Shown piece after piece: positions 8,930 through 20,888 of a DNA stretch of 64,000 nucleotides. The stretch spans positions 2,928,877-2,992,876 of the forward strand of contig BFEA01000002.1 in assembly GCA_003427395.1 (NCBI GenBank), given 5' to 3'. The notes beneath the pieces are model-generated. The model had not been told where the DNA came from and ran no database searches. It saw only the letters and a program-made list of their open reading frames with translations. The stretch is from Chara braunii. Lineage: Eukaryota > Plantae > Charophyceae. A program made the position numbers and the translations under genes. Positions within the stretch are counted from its first letter, which is position 1, and every line of letters begins with the position of its first letter.

Positions 8930-11900
8930 TTATGCTGGCAGCAAAATTTCTGTTAAGGAGAGTGGGTGGGGGAGGAAGGGGTCCACGAAGTCCTGAGCTG
9001 CCCTTAATACTTCACCCGGGTCTACATTGGTCCAATCATGGAAGACCAGCCGGTAATCCCTTTCTATCTCTAACCCGGGTTCCTCCTGTGGCCCCTTCTC
9101 CGCCAGATCACTCCTAGACCACTTTACCTCGGCCACCCATCCCTCCCTTTCCTTTCCCAGCCATTTCTTGCCAAAGCCAGAGATGGCTTTTTTTATGTCC
9201 CCCCAGTTGTGCATTTGGTCAAGCTTGTCTTTGACAATCTTCCATTGGGACGCGATTTCGTGTTGGAATAGGGTCCTGATCTGTTCCATAACTTCTCCGT
9301 CTTCCACCCGCGCTCCTTCTATCTCGAGGATACATCTCTTCCACCATATGGTCCATAGGACACTCCTTCCCAGGCTGAACATATTCTCTTCGAAGATATT
9401 CTCCCGAATTTGCGGGTAGTATCCCAGGAGTATAGCCCTCCAATCCCATGGCCATTCCACACCGGGAACGATATACCGCCAGATTCTATGCCAGGTTCTC
9501 CGAGTCCACAGCAGTACTGATGCAGGGCACTGCAGAAAGATATGTTCGATAGTTTCAGCCCGCCTCCTCCCAGGGTAGCTCCGGAGGCATTTACGACACC
9601 ATGGTAGCGCCTTCCCTTGTTGTTCTAGCTGGGTGTGGTCTATCAGCCAGTCGTTAGTAGGTAAACATCTATGTTCTATTTGTCATTGGAGGGCAGAGAT
9701 TTTAGCAGGTTTGTATCTGTACTGTGCAAACCATCGAATAGGCTTGAGCAGGCTGCGATCAATGTTGAGATGGCGGTACCATCTGTCTTCCACCCGCTCT
9801 CGCAGCCCCCTCTTGGGTCTCAGCATGCGGTAGGCTGATTTAGATTTTAGGTTACATAGTGATAGTGTGACAGCCCCCCCTTTTCCAGGCCTAGCACCTT
9901 GGGTCTATTTCCATTCATCGGGGTCTAGGGGAAGGTCCTCGATCGGGGTCATTGGGCGATGCACTTTTTGATGACCTCCTTCCTCAATGATCCTGATGCG
10001 ATAGACCCCTTTTCTCTCCCTCCATACAAAGGGTTGTTTATTCCATTGTAGCCCATCATCCTTTTGAATGGAAAAACTTCTATTAATACGTAAGATGGAT
10101 CAGTCAGGTGCACCCGCCCCACTTCCATATTACGGTCGGGCAGCCCCACCCAATCTCCCTCCTTTACGCAGGGGCCTTTTCTGAGGGTGGTGTACCAGTG
10201 GAGGGGAAAGCTATCAATGAGTTCGTTAAGTGCCTTCTCAGTGAGGTGGCAGTACTGCAGCCAGGTATGCATCTGTCCCGTGTTCTTCCAACTCCTTGTC
10301 TCCTGGTCCCACAAGTCCCCCACTCTCCGTACCCCGTGTTTCACCCAACCCTTCCAGGGCGTGTTCGAGCTGCACCGTACCCGCCCTTCGGGGTCTGTTA
10401 TCAGTCGGTTGCCAAAGAGGGGTCGCCTGAATATTTCTTCCCACCTTTCTGGCGCCGGACGGTCGCGGGGGGGGGGAGTCTCCTCCAGGTATGTAAAAGG
10501 CGCAACTCGGCTTATAGCGTGGGAAGTGTTGCTGTCGCCTCTCCAAAGGAAGGCCGCCAACTGTTGTTTTAGTGCTTTGAGACCCCCATTACTCATAGGC
10601 CATAAGATGACCTTATACCAGAGTGTGGCCAGAATTACATTGTTGATGACCAATGCTCTCCCGAAAATCGATGTGTGTTTATTATTCCATTTTTCAAACT
10701 TGGTTTTCACCGGTCCAGCCAACCATTCATCATTAGTTGCCGACTTTCCTCTGGCAGTCATTAGTGTCCCCAGAACTCTCAGGGGATCCTTCTGGGGGAG
10801 CCATGTGATTCGCGGGTTTTCCGGGGGTCTCCCCCCCTGATGGTGCATCCACCAACCCACTGTTTTCTGTCCCGAATTGACCGTCATGTCGGACAGCTGA
10901 CAAAACTTGTTCATGAGCAGCTGGATCTCCTCCATGTTGGATTTCGTCGCTTCCATCATGATGGTGAGATTGTCTGCAAACAGGGAACAAATAGGGATTG
11001 CTTCCTGCGGAATATTGAATATCTTAATGCGCGTAAGGTCTTTGTTTGGTCTCGGGTTAGCTGATAATGCTTCCATAATTACTAAGAAGAGGTATGGGGC
11101 AATCGGGTCCTGTTGCCGCACTGATCGCTGGAGCTCAAAGGGCGGTGCCACTGACCCATTGACCTGGACACAGGTAGCAGCATTTCGGTGAAGGATCTTA
11201 ACTCAACGCCGAAACGTCAGCCCGAAGTTCATTTTCTCCAGGCATTTGTCAAGGAAATTCCAGTCCACATGGTCATAAGCTTTTTCGAAATCGATGAAAA
11301 TGATGGCCTCGTTTGCCCGATTCCGTTGCGCCAGCTGGACCACGTCGTTTACCAGTAAGATGTTTTCCTGTATATTCCTGCTGGACATGAATCCTGTTTG
11401 GGCCGGGTGTATGACCTCTTCCAAGATTATTGTCATTCGGTTAGCTAGTGCTGTGGACAACATTTTTTAGACTACAGTGAGCAGAGTAATAGGCCTGTAG
11501 TTTCTGATATTCATTTGGTCCCCTTTTTTGTAAAGGAGAGACAACACCCCTTTTCCTACAATTTCCCCCATTCCCCCGGCCTCCCATACGTCTTGATAAT
11601 ACTCCCACAAGTCGGTGCTCATGTCTGTCCATGTGGCTTCCCAGAACTCTTTGGGAAAGCCGTCGATACCGGGGTTTTTTTCTTCCTTCATTTGGAGGAG
11701 TGTTGTCCATACCTCTTCTTTTGTAAGCGGTAGCTCCAATCTGTCCCGCTGCTGAGGGGATATAAAGCTGTCCATTGGGGAGATAAATTCTTGTATTTTC
11801 GTAGTTCTTGCCTCCCCCTGCGGGGATGGGATATGAGAAGTATATAGTTTTTAAAAGAATTTCCTGGTAATCAACATACAGTGTGCTGTGTTAGTGGCGA

Positions 11901-13233
11901 TGGTGTCACTATCCTCCGGGTCGAAAAAAACCTCGATAGCCGTCCGTCTAGATCTGGCGGTGGCCATCGAGAAAAAATGGGTGTCCATCGATGCCTCGTG
12001 TGAAAGTTTAGCCATTTTTCCTTGGATTCTAATCCCTTGCCATCTGTGGGATGCGAATTGCAAGGGCTGGTCTTTCTTATTTTGGATAGCTGCAATAAGG
12101 TGATGCGGCTCTTGGGTGAAAGAAGTAGGATGTTGTGACTCTACCTGCTGTTCCAGGGCTATTAGTTCGTTGTGGGTGGTAATTTCTTGGTGTTGTCGTA
12201 ACGCTGCTTTGGCTTTAGAAAATTCCTTACATTTTTTTGCTAGGAAAATTAGCCCGTTGTTGAACCATACCAGACGAGAGTAAAAAAGATGTTTCTATTG
12301 GCGCCAAAAGTTTCATTCGTGCCTGATCATTTGCGAGAAGGAGGTATCGTTAAACAGGGAGGTGTTTAGTTTGTTGAATCCGGGTCCTTGATCGGGTCTT
12401 TTCCTCATAGTTAGTACTATACCGCATGTCTTATGGTCCAAGCCCGGATGCGGGCTTGGCGGGATGATCAGTGTCCATCGCAAAGCCCCTTCCAGATCGT
12501 TGGATAGCAGGATAAGGTCAATTCTGGATTTGGATAAGCGTGTCGGGTCGTTGTCGCGTATGCATGTAAAGACTCGTGCTTGGGGGTGCAGGCGGCGAAA
12601 GGTATCAAAAAGCGAAAGTGACCCACAAAGGTCAGCTATCATTTGTTCATCCTCCACCGCCGCAAAGGAAGGTGATTCCTGGGGATTCCATGTGTCCAGC
12701 CCTTTGTCGGGGGTGACATTGAAATCTCCTGCTATAACCAGAGGAATGCCTTCCGGGACTTGCATGTCGATCCTTACCAAGAACTCCCTCCTTTCCCCTA
12801 CTTTGTTTGGAGAGTAAATACAGAGGACACAAAGTCATTCTAGCTCTAGCATGCCCAAGACCGAGGGCCAGCATCCCTTTTCTTCGTCCACCACCCAGTA
12901 GACTGGTTGAAATCTAGAGTCTGGAGGGACCCAGATTGCTTCCCCTGCTGAGCCAGGTCTCGGGGCATGAACTCTTATGGCAGTGTGAGGCCAGATTTGC
13001 TTGTGCGCTCTGTTATGCTCTCGGTTGTCTTGCAGATGGGTTTCTTGTATGCAAACTACATCTGGCCATCGCCTGTCTCCGATTCCTTTGAGTTGATCCC
13101 AGATGGCTTGGCGCTTTTCGGGTTTGCTTGATGCCAGACCGTTTACGTTGATGGAACGCAGGTCAAGGTCAGCTGAATCGACACATTTTCGCCACGCCAG
13201 GTTCTTACAATATAGTGTTTTGAGGTCATCCAT
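8930..13233 (-). pseudogene. LINE-A ORF2: APE endonuclease + RT + zf-RVT
   Basis: SINVNGL, CIQETHL, AGDFN, SRIDL, DHK (APE); KNPGIDGFP, NYRPITLL, QTGF, IDFEKAYD, SVRQQDPIAPYLF, LFADN (RT). Multiple stops and frameshifts. Confidence 0.92.
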
Positions 13234-13314
13234 TTCGTCTTAACCTCTTTGGTTCCTTAGATCGTTTCCATTTGAGTGGATGCCCTAGCTTGAGGTTTCG
13301 TTCGTCTAGGTGCG

Positions 13315-15661
13315 TTATAGCGGGTGCCAATGCTTGAGGTCCCATCTGTCTAGGTGTAACACTTTTTTTAGTACAATCCGACATAGGCTTCGACATACGT
13401 CGTCCTCGGACCAGAAGTCGCCGGCTTTGATTTTTGCACATTGCAGATCCAGTAAGGCGTTGTGGCTAAACCAGCCCAAATTAAAGGATTTATTGGGTTC
13501 AAAGAGCAAGTACAAGCCGTTTCGAGCTATTTGTTCACTGAAGGCTTCAAATCTCAACCCTGCCTTTGCACCCGGAGCATAGTGTTTGGGGATGAAGGCC
13601 GACATTTGGTTCGTAAACACCCTGCCTCTTTCCATGCGATCCTCCTCGTGGAGCGAGAACTCCCAGCCATGCAGAGTCACGCCCCCGTAATCTCCAACCG
13701 GGGAGAGGCCCAGCTCCCGTTTCCCTTCCACTTTCCTGAGAGGGATTATCACCACCCCATTCGGTTTGGACAGAGGTAGCTCAAAGAGGCCCCGTTCTAT
13801 GAGTTTTCTAACCTTGAGTCTTCGTGAGGTCATCCCCTCCTCTGTTGTTTCTCTTACGTTATTCGACCCTGAGGGGTCATGCCTAGGTGGGTGCAAATCA
13901 GATGGCTCCGCCGTTGGAGGCGGGTGAAATCATCCCCGAGCGACGGCCAGTACACGTTGAAACACTTCTGCCCATGTTAAGTGGGGGGGGGAGGGCAGAG
14001 GTAAGCGCGTTCCTTAGGGACGGGCTATTATTAAGGAGCACCACTAACTCGACGTAAGATTTGTCCCAGTATTCCTCCCCCTCGTGTGGGCAATCCGCTT
14101 GCAAATGTTTAAGAATCCAGTCCGCCACAACCTGGACCTTCTGGTCCAAGCTCATTTCCTGCGGGGAGGCATCGGGGTCAGTCGGGTCCGTGGAGGACTC
14201 CTCCATTTCTACATCGGGCGGGGGGGGGGTTGTATCTACGTCCATCTGTTGAGCCCCAAAGGCATCCGAGCAGAAGTCAGGAGCCAACTGATCAGGCCAT
14301 GTGGGGAGTGGGGGCTGTTGCACATCCTGTTCTTGTTGTTGGCACAGCCACCCTTGCTGGGGCCGGGGGATTGCGGTTGTGGCTGTTGTGTGTGTGTTGG
14401 GTGCGGTTCCGACAGGTGTGGTGACCGGGTCCTTGCCTGCTGTTTCAGTCGCGTTCCGTGTTGTTTCCCGTGGGCTACATCCCTTTCTTCTTCCCCCGAT
14501 ATTGCTTTGTGTTCTTCTGATATTGAACTGGCCTGAGGATCCTGTTTGTGATGTTCCTGGCTGCTTGTCTCCTTCTCTTCCGCTGCCAAGTTCGAATGAA
14601 CCGTCGGTGTTTGTCCCTGGCTGCTTGTCTCCTTCTCTCCTACTGCCAAGTTCGATTGGCCTATCGATGCCTGTCCTTGGTCCTCTCCTATGGATGGCTC
14701 CTTCTGGGTTTCCTGAGCTTCTTGAATCAAATCAGGCCCATCTTTTAGGCAGTCAAAGCGGTTCCCCTGATTCCCGACTGCTTTTTCCGTTTCTTTCAAC
14801 TCCTTCTGTGGGGGCTCCTTCTTCTTACTGCCGACTGCTACCCAGGAGCCCTTTTGTTTTTTCAGCTTGGAGAGAGGCTGTAGGTGTGTCTCCAGGGATT
14901 TGGGGGGGACCCATGTAGAATGCAGTTAGGAACCCGGCCGTGGGTCCCCCTGCCCTTCCCATGCCCAGCCAACTACTTCCCCTTCCTTAACACCTGGTTT
15001 GTCGACGTAGACCCACCCCTCATGGCCAGGGTCAACCGTCCGCCATCTGGTTTCCTCAAAGGGATCCTTTCTCAGCCGTCCGGTGGGTTTCACTGTGCGC
15101 GAGGAGTGTCGAGTGCAGGCTGTATCCGTGTACAGGTGCCCATAGGCCTGGCATTTAAAACACCAGGGCCTCTGTTTATGGGCAGTGTGGATGCGATATT
15201 GTTTACCCCCCACCCAGAAGGGAATCACATCATCAATTGAGAAGATATGTTTATCGGCGAGGTTGATGGCCATCATTAAGTAGTCGTCCCTCCGGCCACA
15301 TGAGGGGGAAGCGGGTCGATGAAATCGATGACGTCATATTTCTCGGCAATATCCTGAACGAAGGCCGCTTGGATCTCAATCGGGATGTGCCGAAATTTTA
15401 CCCAGAAATGTTCTCTCATCATTTGTTCCCTGCGTTCCTCTGGGCGTTGTGGCTTCGGGGGGGTCCAGGGGTAAATACGCACCTCTGATCTATCACACCG
15501 AAGAGATCTTCAACCATCCATTGTTCTTTTGTCTGCATCTGATACACAGAGGATGGTGATGACAGACGACGAGGCTGGCTGGATGAGGAACAGTTCACGT
15601 GCATTCGCCGGAGATCCTTTGAATGCCGCTAAGCGTTCTCTGATCCACCCAACCTTACTCA
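13315..15661 (-). pseudogene. LINE-A ORF1 remnant (zinc knuckle, low-complexity linker, conserved C-terminal domains)
   Basis: RIYPW...FWVKFRHIP and CFKCQAYGH, typical of plant L1 ORF1. The C-terminal blocks are homologous to LINE-C 30661-31520. Confidence 0.75.
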
Positions 15662-16397
15662 TCAGTTTGAATAAACTGTTTAACTGTTTCAGTAATTTTC
15701 AAACCATCTATCTTTACTCCGTCCAAAGCACATGCACAACGTTTGTACCAGAGTGCCCATATTACAGTTTTGCGGGAGACGGATTTTTTTTTTTGTACAA
15801 AATCCGAGGATGAGGGGGAGTCCCATGCTCCTAATAGGATAGCCCTCCAGTCCCAAGGCCAATCCAAGTCTGGCAATTGTCTCCAAATGCAATCCCATCT
15901 GCACCACAAGAGTTCCAATCCCGGGCACTGTAAGAGAATATGTTCAAGTGTTTCTCCTATCTTGCGGCAAGGAAATGTCATATAACAGGATTTGCACCAT
16001 GGGAATGCTAGTCCTCGTTGTTCAAGAGATGAATGATCTATCAACCAATTATTAGTCGGGAGGCAGCGATGTATAATTTGCCATTGTAGTGATGCAAACT
16101 TAGCTGGACGCTCCTTAAGCTTTTGGAACCAGCGAACTGGACGGAATGACTAAACATCTAGATTTATGTGCTTAGCCCAACGATCTTTGACAATCACCTT
16201 GACGTCCACCCTTGGTCGTAACATACGATATGTAGCTTTGACCGTGAGGGAGGAAATAAATTTTGGTCTACCAATTTTGCTTGTCTGCCAGTTCCATTCC
16301 TCTGGGCCGATTTCAAGTTCAGGTATGGGGCATCTAGGATTATAGGCCCTCTATTGCTGTACGGATGAATCCCTTAGAACCCTAATCCGATAGAGTG

Positions 16398-18910
16398 TTT
16401 TTTTTTTTTTTTGTTTTTTTTTTTTTAATGATCCGGCCAGTGTTAGTGGTGCTGATAAGAGCAGACACCACTAGCACCTGGTGAGAGGCTCCATCTATTG
16501 GTGGGGAGCAGCACCTGCTGGAAAACGGGTCCAGCGTCCCATATACAAGATGAGCTTGGAATGTATCAAAACAGGATTGTGTGATGTTCCCGCCAGCATT
16601 GATTACCCTGGGATCCAGGGGATTAACTGAGCAGGCTGTTAGAGAGAGGGGGAACCTCTTCGCCCTGAACCCGGCGCCAGATCTCTGCTGCTACACACTA
16701 GCTCCTCCCTCCCCCTACAAAAAAAATGAAGCCTGCCAGCAATGATTGCCCTGGAGCCCAGGGGATTGACTGCACAGGTTGTGGGGCGACTTTTGCCTAT
16801 ATCCCGGAAGAAACTGCCCAGGCTACACACGGTGGAAGCTAACTACACAGCCATTCTCAAGGCCCTCCAGGGTCATTGGGAGAGTATGCTAAAGAGCGAT
16901 GTAGAACATAGTCAAGGGACCTGGCTGGTGGATCCAACGGAGCCCAGGTCTGAATCGGTCATGTGGGTACTTGGCCCGGATCTCGACCAAGGGATTAAAG
17001 TGGAAAAATGGAGAGTGGGGAGGGAAAGGGGTATGGGAAGAGAAGTTACCTTCGAGAAGGAGGAGGTGATACAATCAACAGTGGATCTGATGGAAGTCAG
17101 AGTTTGGGAGAAAGAGTCCAGGGGTACCCGAGTAGGGGAACTGCCGCCAGGACCTGCTAAGGCCTACAGAGTGGACCCACTCTGCTATGGATGGACTCTG
17201 GATGCGCATAGGAAGATACCGCTCTACAAGTATGAAACCAGGGTGGGAGTGGCTGTAAGTAGAATGACGAAGACACGACCAGTGGACGTGGCCAGACACC
17301 GATTCCCCGAGAAGCAGAGCGAAGCTGTTCCAGCCCCCGACTTCCATAGCCTATGGAAAATGCTAAAAAAACTACCCTCTCAGCGACAGGCAAGCTTGAT
17401 GTGGACGCAGTCGATGTTGGTAACAACCTCGGCGTTGTGGCTGCAATCAAGAGGAATGGAGTTATCAGTTACCTGTCTCCGTTGCAACTGGGGATGGGAA
17501 TCATCCGAATCAACAGAGCACCTATGGATCTTCTGCCCTTTGGCAGACGAACTATGGATGTGGTGGAAGTCACATTGGGAGAAAACAGTGGGAGAAGATT
17601 GGGACTGGACGGATAATTGGATTCTTTTCGCCTGCCCACCAGGCTCGGCAAAGATCCAAGACGGTTGGGGGTACGCAGCGTTAGTCTGCAGAGGTATCGT
17701 AATGGAGACAATATAGAAGGCCCGAAATGAGCAAGTGTTCAGGAATGAGAAGATGTCGATCCACCAGCAAATATCAATAGTGAAGTCAACTCTACGCCTG
17801 ACCATTCAGGCGGATTGGAAACGCTCCCGACAGAGATCGGGCAGGGGAAGGTATTGGTTTGGGAAGACATGGACAATGAAGAATGCCTTGGCCAGAATCA
17901 GCCTCTAAGGACAGCTTCTTATAGCTCCTTGGCAATGTGATTAGGATTCTAGGGTGGGACCGCATTAGGGCCTCCGAATCGGTTTGCTAAATGGGAACCT
18001 TGGTCTTGATTTGAACTATTGAAAGAAGCAGGTTCTCTCCTTTTATGAGCTCCAAGCATAATTTTTTTGAGGATCATTAAAATAGGTAATTGCAAGTAGT
18101 ACAGAGTAAAATTTTCTTCAGATAGCTTGCAGTGAAGTAACTATGGGACTTTGGACCTGGTTTCCAGATCATGGCACACCCTGGGTTGAATTGTGAGGTC
18201 CCCGGCCTCATTACCTTTGATATATTGTAATAAATGGACAAATTTCCTGGGGGGAAAAAAAAAAGACTTTTGCCTATATCATTCCGGAGCCCTGCTCAAA
18301 CAGGCACAGAGGGGAATCGGTAGGTGGCAGTTTGAATGATGCGGATGGGACTCCTTCTTCCAGGGGGCGACCAGATGAAGGGGCCCCGTCCGCCATTCCC
18401 ACTACCCAGCTAGCGAAATCCTCTACTGTCCCGGTTGAGCAGGCCCTCTCTTTTCCTTATTCCCTACTCCCTACCGTACAAGCTTAATTCCATCAATGTA
18501 TGGTTGGGAAGGGGAAAAGGGTCTGGGAAGTCTGGGGGGGGGGGGGGGGGGATATCGTCAGGGATCATGGTCCAATCGTTGAAACAGAGACGATAGTTCT
18601 TCTCTCTGGCTTCCAGTTGATGATCATCATCCAATCGCCAGCCATCCCATTGTACACTTGCTATCCTCCCCCCTCGTTCCCCTCCCAGCCAGTCCATGCG
18701 GAATTCTTTTAGGTAGCGAGTAACGTCAGTCTTTTTGGAGAGGGGCTTTGTCGACTGCATCAGTTGTGTCCATCGAGCCCTGATTGCAGTCTCAATTGTG
18801 TCCTTGATCATCTCAGTCATCTCGCCCCTCCCTATATGTGCGTCGTCGATGGTCAATATGCAACAACTCCTCCAAATTGCCCACAATACCGCTTTCCTAC
18901 CTATCGAGAA
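16398..18910 (-). mobile_element. L1-clade LINE 3' fragment (LINE-D), interrupted by a plus-strand LINE
   Basis: ORF2 C-terminus at 18464-18886 is homologous to 8930-9460 (WLGGERGG.IASVQW...YRLCFNDW...FPDPF). 3' motif at 16488-16540; T run 16398-16426. Confidence 0.8.
16804..18264 (+). mobile_element. 5'-truncated plus-strand L1-clade LINE with 16-bp TSD
   Basis: TSD GACTTTTGCCTATATC at 16788-16803 and 18265-18280; A tail 18255-18264; zf-RVT (CLRC...ESTEHLWIFCP); tail hairpin at 18145-18168. Confidence 0.88.
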
Positions 18911-19058
18911 CAGATTGGAAACGAAAGGATTGGCGCCGACGCTGCGCTACCAGGGGAGCAGCGTCGGCGCTGCGCTACCGGGGGAGCAGCGCCGGCGCCA
19001 AGCAAGCTATGGAGGAACGTGCGTGGCGAGCGGGCGACGTGGTAGTGTACCGATGCAT

Positions 19059-19181
19059 GTGCCAGGTGGAGCGCTGCTAGCGGGCGGTGCGCTGCCAGGT
19101 GGAGTGCCGCTAGCGGGCGGTGCGCTGCCAGGTGGAATGCTGCTAGTGGGCGGTGCGCTACCGGGTGGAGCAGCACTAGGG
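19059..19181. repeat. GC-rich 33-bp tandem repeat (about 3.7 copies)
   Basis: Unit about GCGCTGCCAGGTGGAGTGCCGCTAGCGGGCGGT; matching phase at 19081 and 19114. Confidence 0.85.
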
Positions 19182-19532
19182 CGCGACTGCGAAAAATGAG
19201 GGAGGTGACATCACAGAGACACGGACGTTGAGTGCTGCTACTCTACAATAGGGATGGTGGCGTCGCTAGCTGACAGAGAGGAGGGAGAGGCGATGGACTT
19301 CTGTTCTGTTCCGTGCGGATCTCCTGGCGTCACAGGCTGGCGCAGGTAGAGAAGGGGGGTTGGTGCTTCTGCTTCGTGGCGCGAACCTTTAGGCGTTGGA
19401 AACCTCAGTGTGACTGAGGATACTTTGCTTCATGGGGTGGGACGTTCTCTTCGATTCTGGACAACTTTCAGTTTCAGTGTCTTGGTGGATTTGTCGTCGG
19501 CCTTCACTCGTACTGCGTTGCCAACGGCGGTA

Positions 19533-20200
19533 ATCTTCATCATCATCATCATCGACATTTTTCATAATGTGGGGATAACGACGGTAATCATCATCATCAT
19601 TAGCAGTAACAGCATTACTGACATCACCATCATCATTATGAGCATCTTCATTGGTGAGTCACCATCATCTTCATCATCAGCAGCAGCATTACTGACATCA
19701 TCATCATCATATCATCATCATCATCATCATCATCTTCATCATCATCAGCACGATTCAGCAGCATTACTAACATATCATCATCACGTGCTCCTTTTGATTT
19801 ACCAGAAGCGGAAGCTGAGTTAGTTGCAGGCTATAACGTAGAATATTCTTCCATGGGTTTTGCTCTTTTTTTTTTAGGGNAGTATGCTAATATGATATTA
19901 ATGAGTAGTTTATGTACTCTTTTATTTTTGGGTGGTTGGTTGCCCATCATGAATATGGCTATTCTTTATTGGATTCCGGGCTCGATTTGGTTCAGTATAA
20001 AGGCCGAAGGCTTTCTGTTTTTATATATTTGGGTTCGTGCAGCATTTCCACGATATCGTTATGATCTATTAATGAGACTTGGCTGGAAAGTCTTCTTGCC
20101 TTTATCATTAGCATGGGTAGTTTTTGTATCTAGTGTTTTAGTAGCCTCATCATTATGAGTATCTTCATTGGTGCGTCATCATCAACGTCATCATCATCAT

Positions 20201-20243
<43 letters not shown>

Positions 20244-20385
20244 ACATCATTATCATCATCATCATTATCATCATTATCATCATGATCATCATCTTCATCA
20301 TCATCATCAGCATTACTGACATCATCATCATCATCATCATCATTATTATGAGCATCATCATTGGTGTGTCTTCATCATCATCATC

Positions 20386-20430
<45 letters not shown>

Positions 20431-20841
20431 GATATCATCAACATCATTATCATCATCATTATGATGATGATTAGTATCATCATTATTAGTTTGTTATCAG
20501 TAGAGTTTGCTCTTCAAGGCATCGTTTGCCTTTCGCATCAGTAGGTGAGTGGGTCGTCATCATCATCCTCATTATCATTATCTTCACGGTGCTATCCTTC
20601 GTCATCAACAAAATCCAAGCGAATGACATTTTGGTGAAGGGGACGGGGAGAGCCCAGGCCCGCAGGGGTTTCATTAGGCGGGTGGTGAAATCCTGGAGGG
20701 GGTACGGGCAGATTGTGAGGAATACTCTTTTTTGGGGTTGGGCATCAAATCCCAGCAGGGGCAGATTAGGGTAAAGGGATAGATAGGGTAATTGAGAGAA
20801 TGAAGGAAGGAAGGGAGAGAGGGGATTTTTTTTGAATCTTC

Positions 20842-20887
<46 letters not shown>
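19533..20887. repeat. Degenerate (ATC)n microsatellite region with higher-order units, hosting a NUMT
   Basis: Long CAT/ATC runs. The unit CATCATTATGAGCATCTTCATTGGTG recurs near 19631, 20148 and 20341. Confidence 0.9.
19784..20146 (+). pseudogene. nad1: Nuclear mitochondrial insertion (NUMT) of the nad1 C-terminal part
   Basis: Reads [41 protein letters not shown]...[30 protein letters not shown]-rich, lacks the N-terminal ~200 codons, and is embedded in microsatellite. Confidence 0.95.

Positions 20888-20888
<1 letters not shown>

Larger units (their letters stand above)
8255..15661 (-). mobile_element. L1/Tx1-like LINE-A, 5'-truncated within ORF1, with 16-bp TSD
   Basis: TSD TCAGTTTGAATAAACT at 8239-8254 and 15662-15677; poly-A (T run 8255-8276); ORF1 and ORF2 remnants. 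Confidence 0.92.
7686..16397 (-). mobile_element. L1-clade LINE 3' fragment (LINE-B), split by insertion of LINE-A
   Basis: zf-RVT-like C-terminus (WCKSC...ETLEHILLQCP, 15655-16044) reads ...VKQFIQT and resumes as EIRAQWHPT below 8254. 3' motif at 7713-7766 and poly-A (T run from about 7685). Confidence 0.8.

Noticed and set aside
19784-20158. Functional nuclear nad1 gene
   Set aside because: Only the C-terminal third is present, with no targeting sequence, and it is embedded in microsatellite.
19410-20887. Poly-Ile/His/Ser/Met ORFs, and similar ORFs over (CT)n, (AG)n, poly-A and N runs
   Set aside because: Translation artefacts of microsatellites and gaps.
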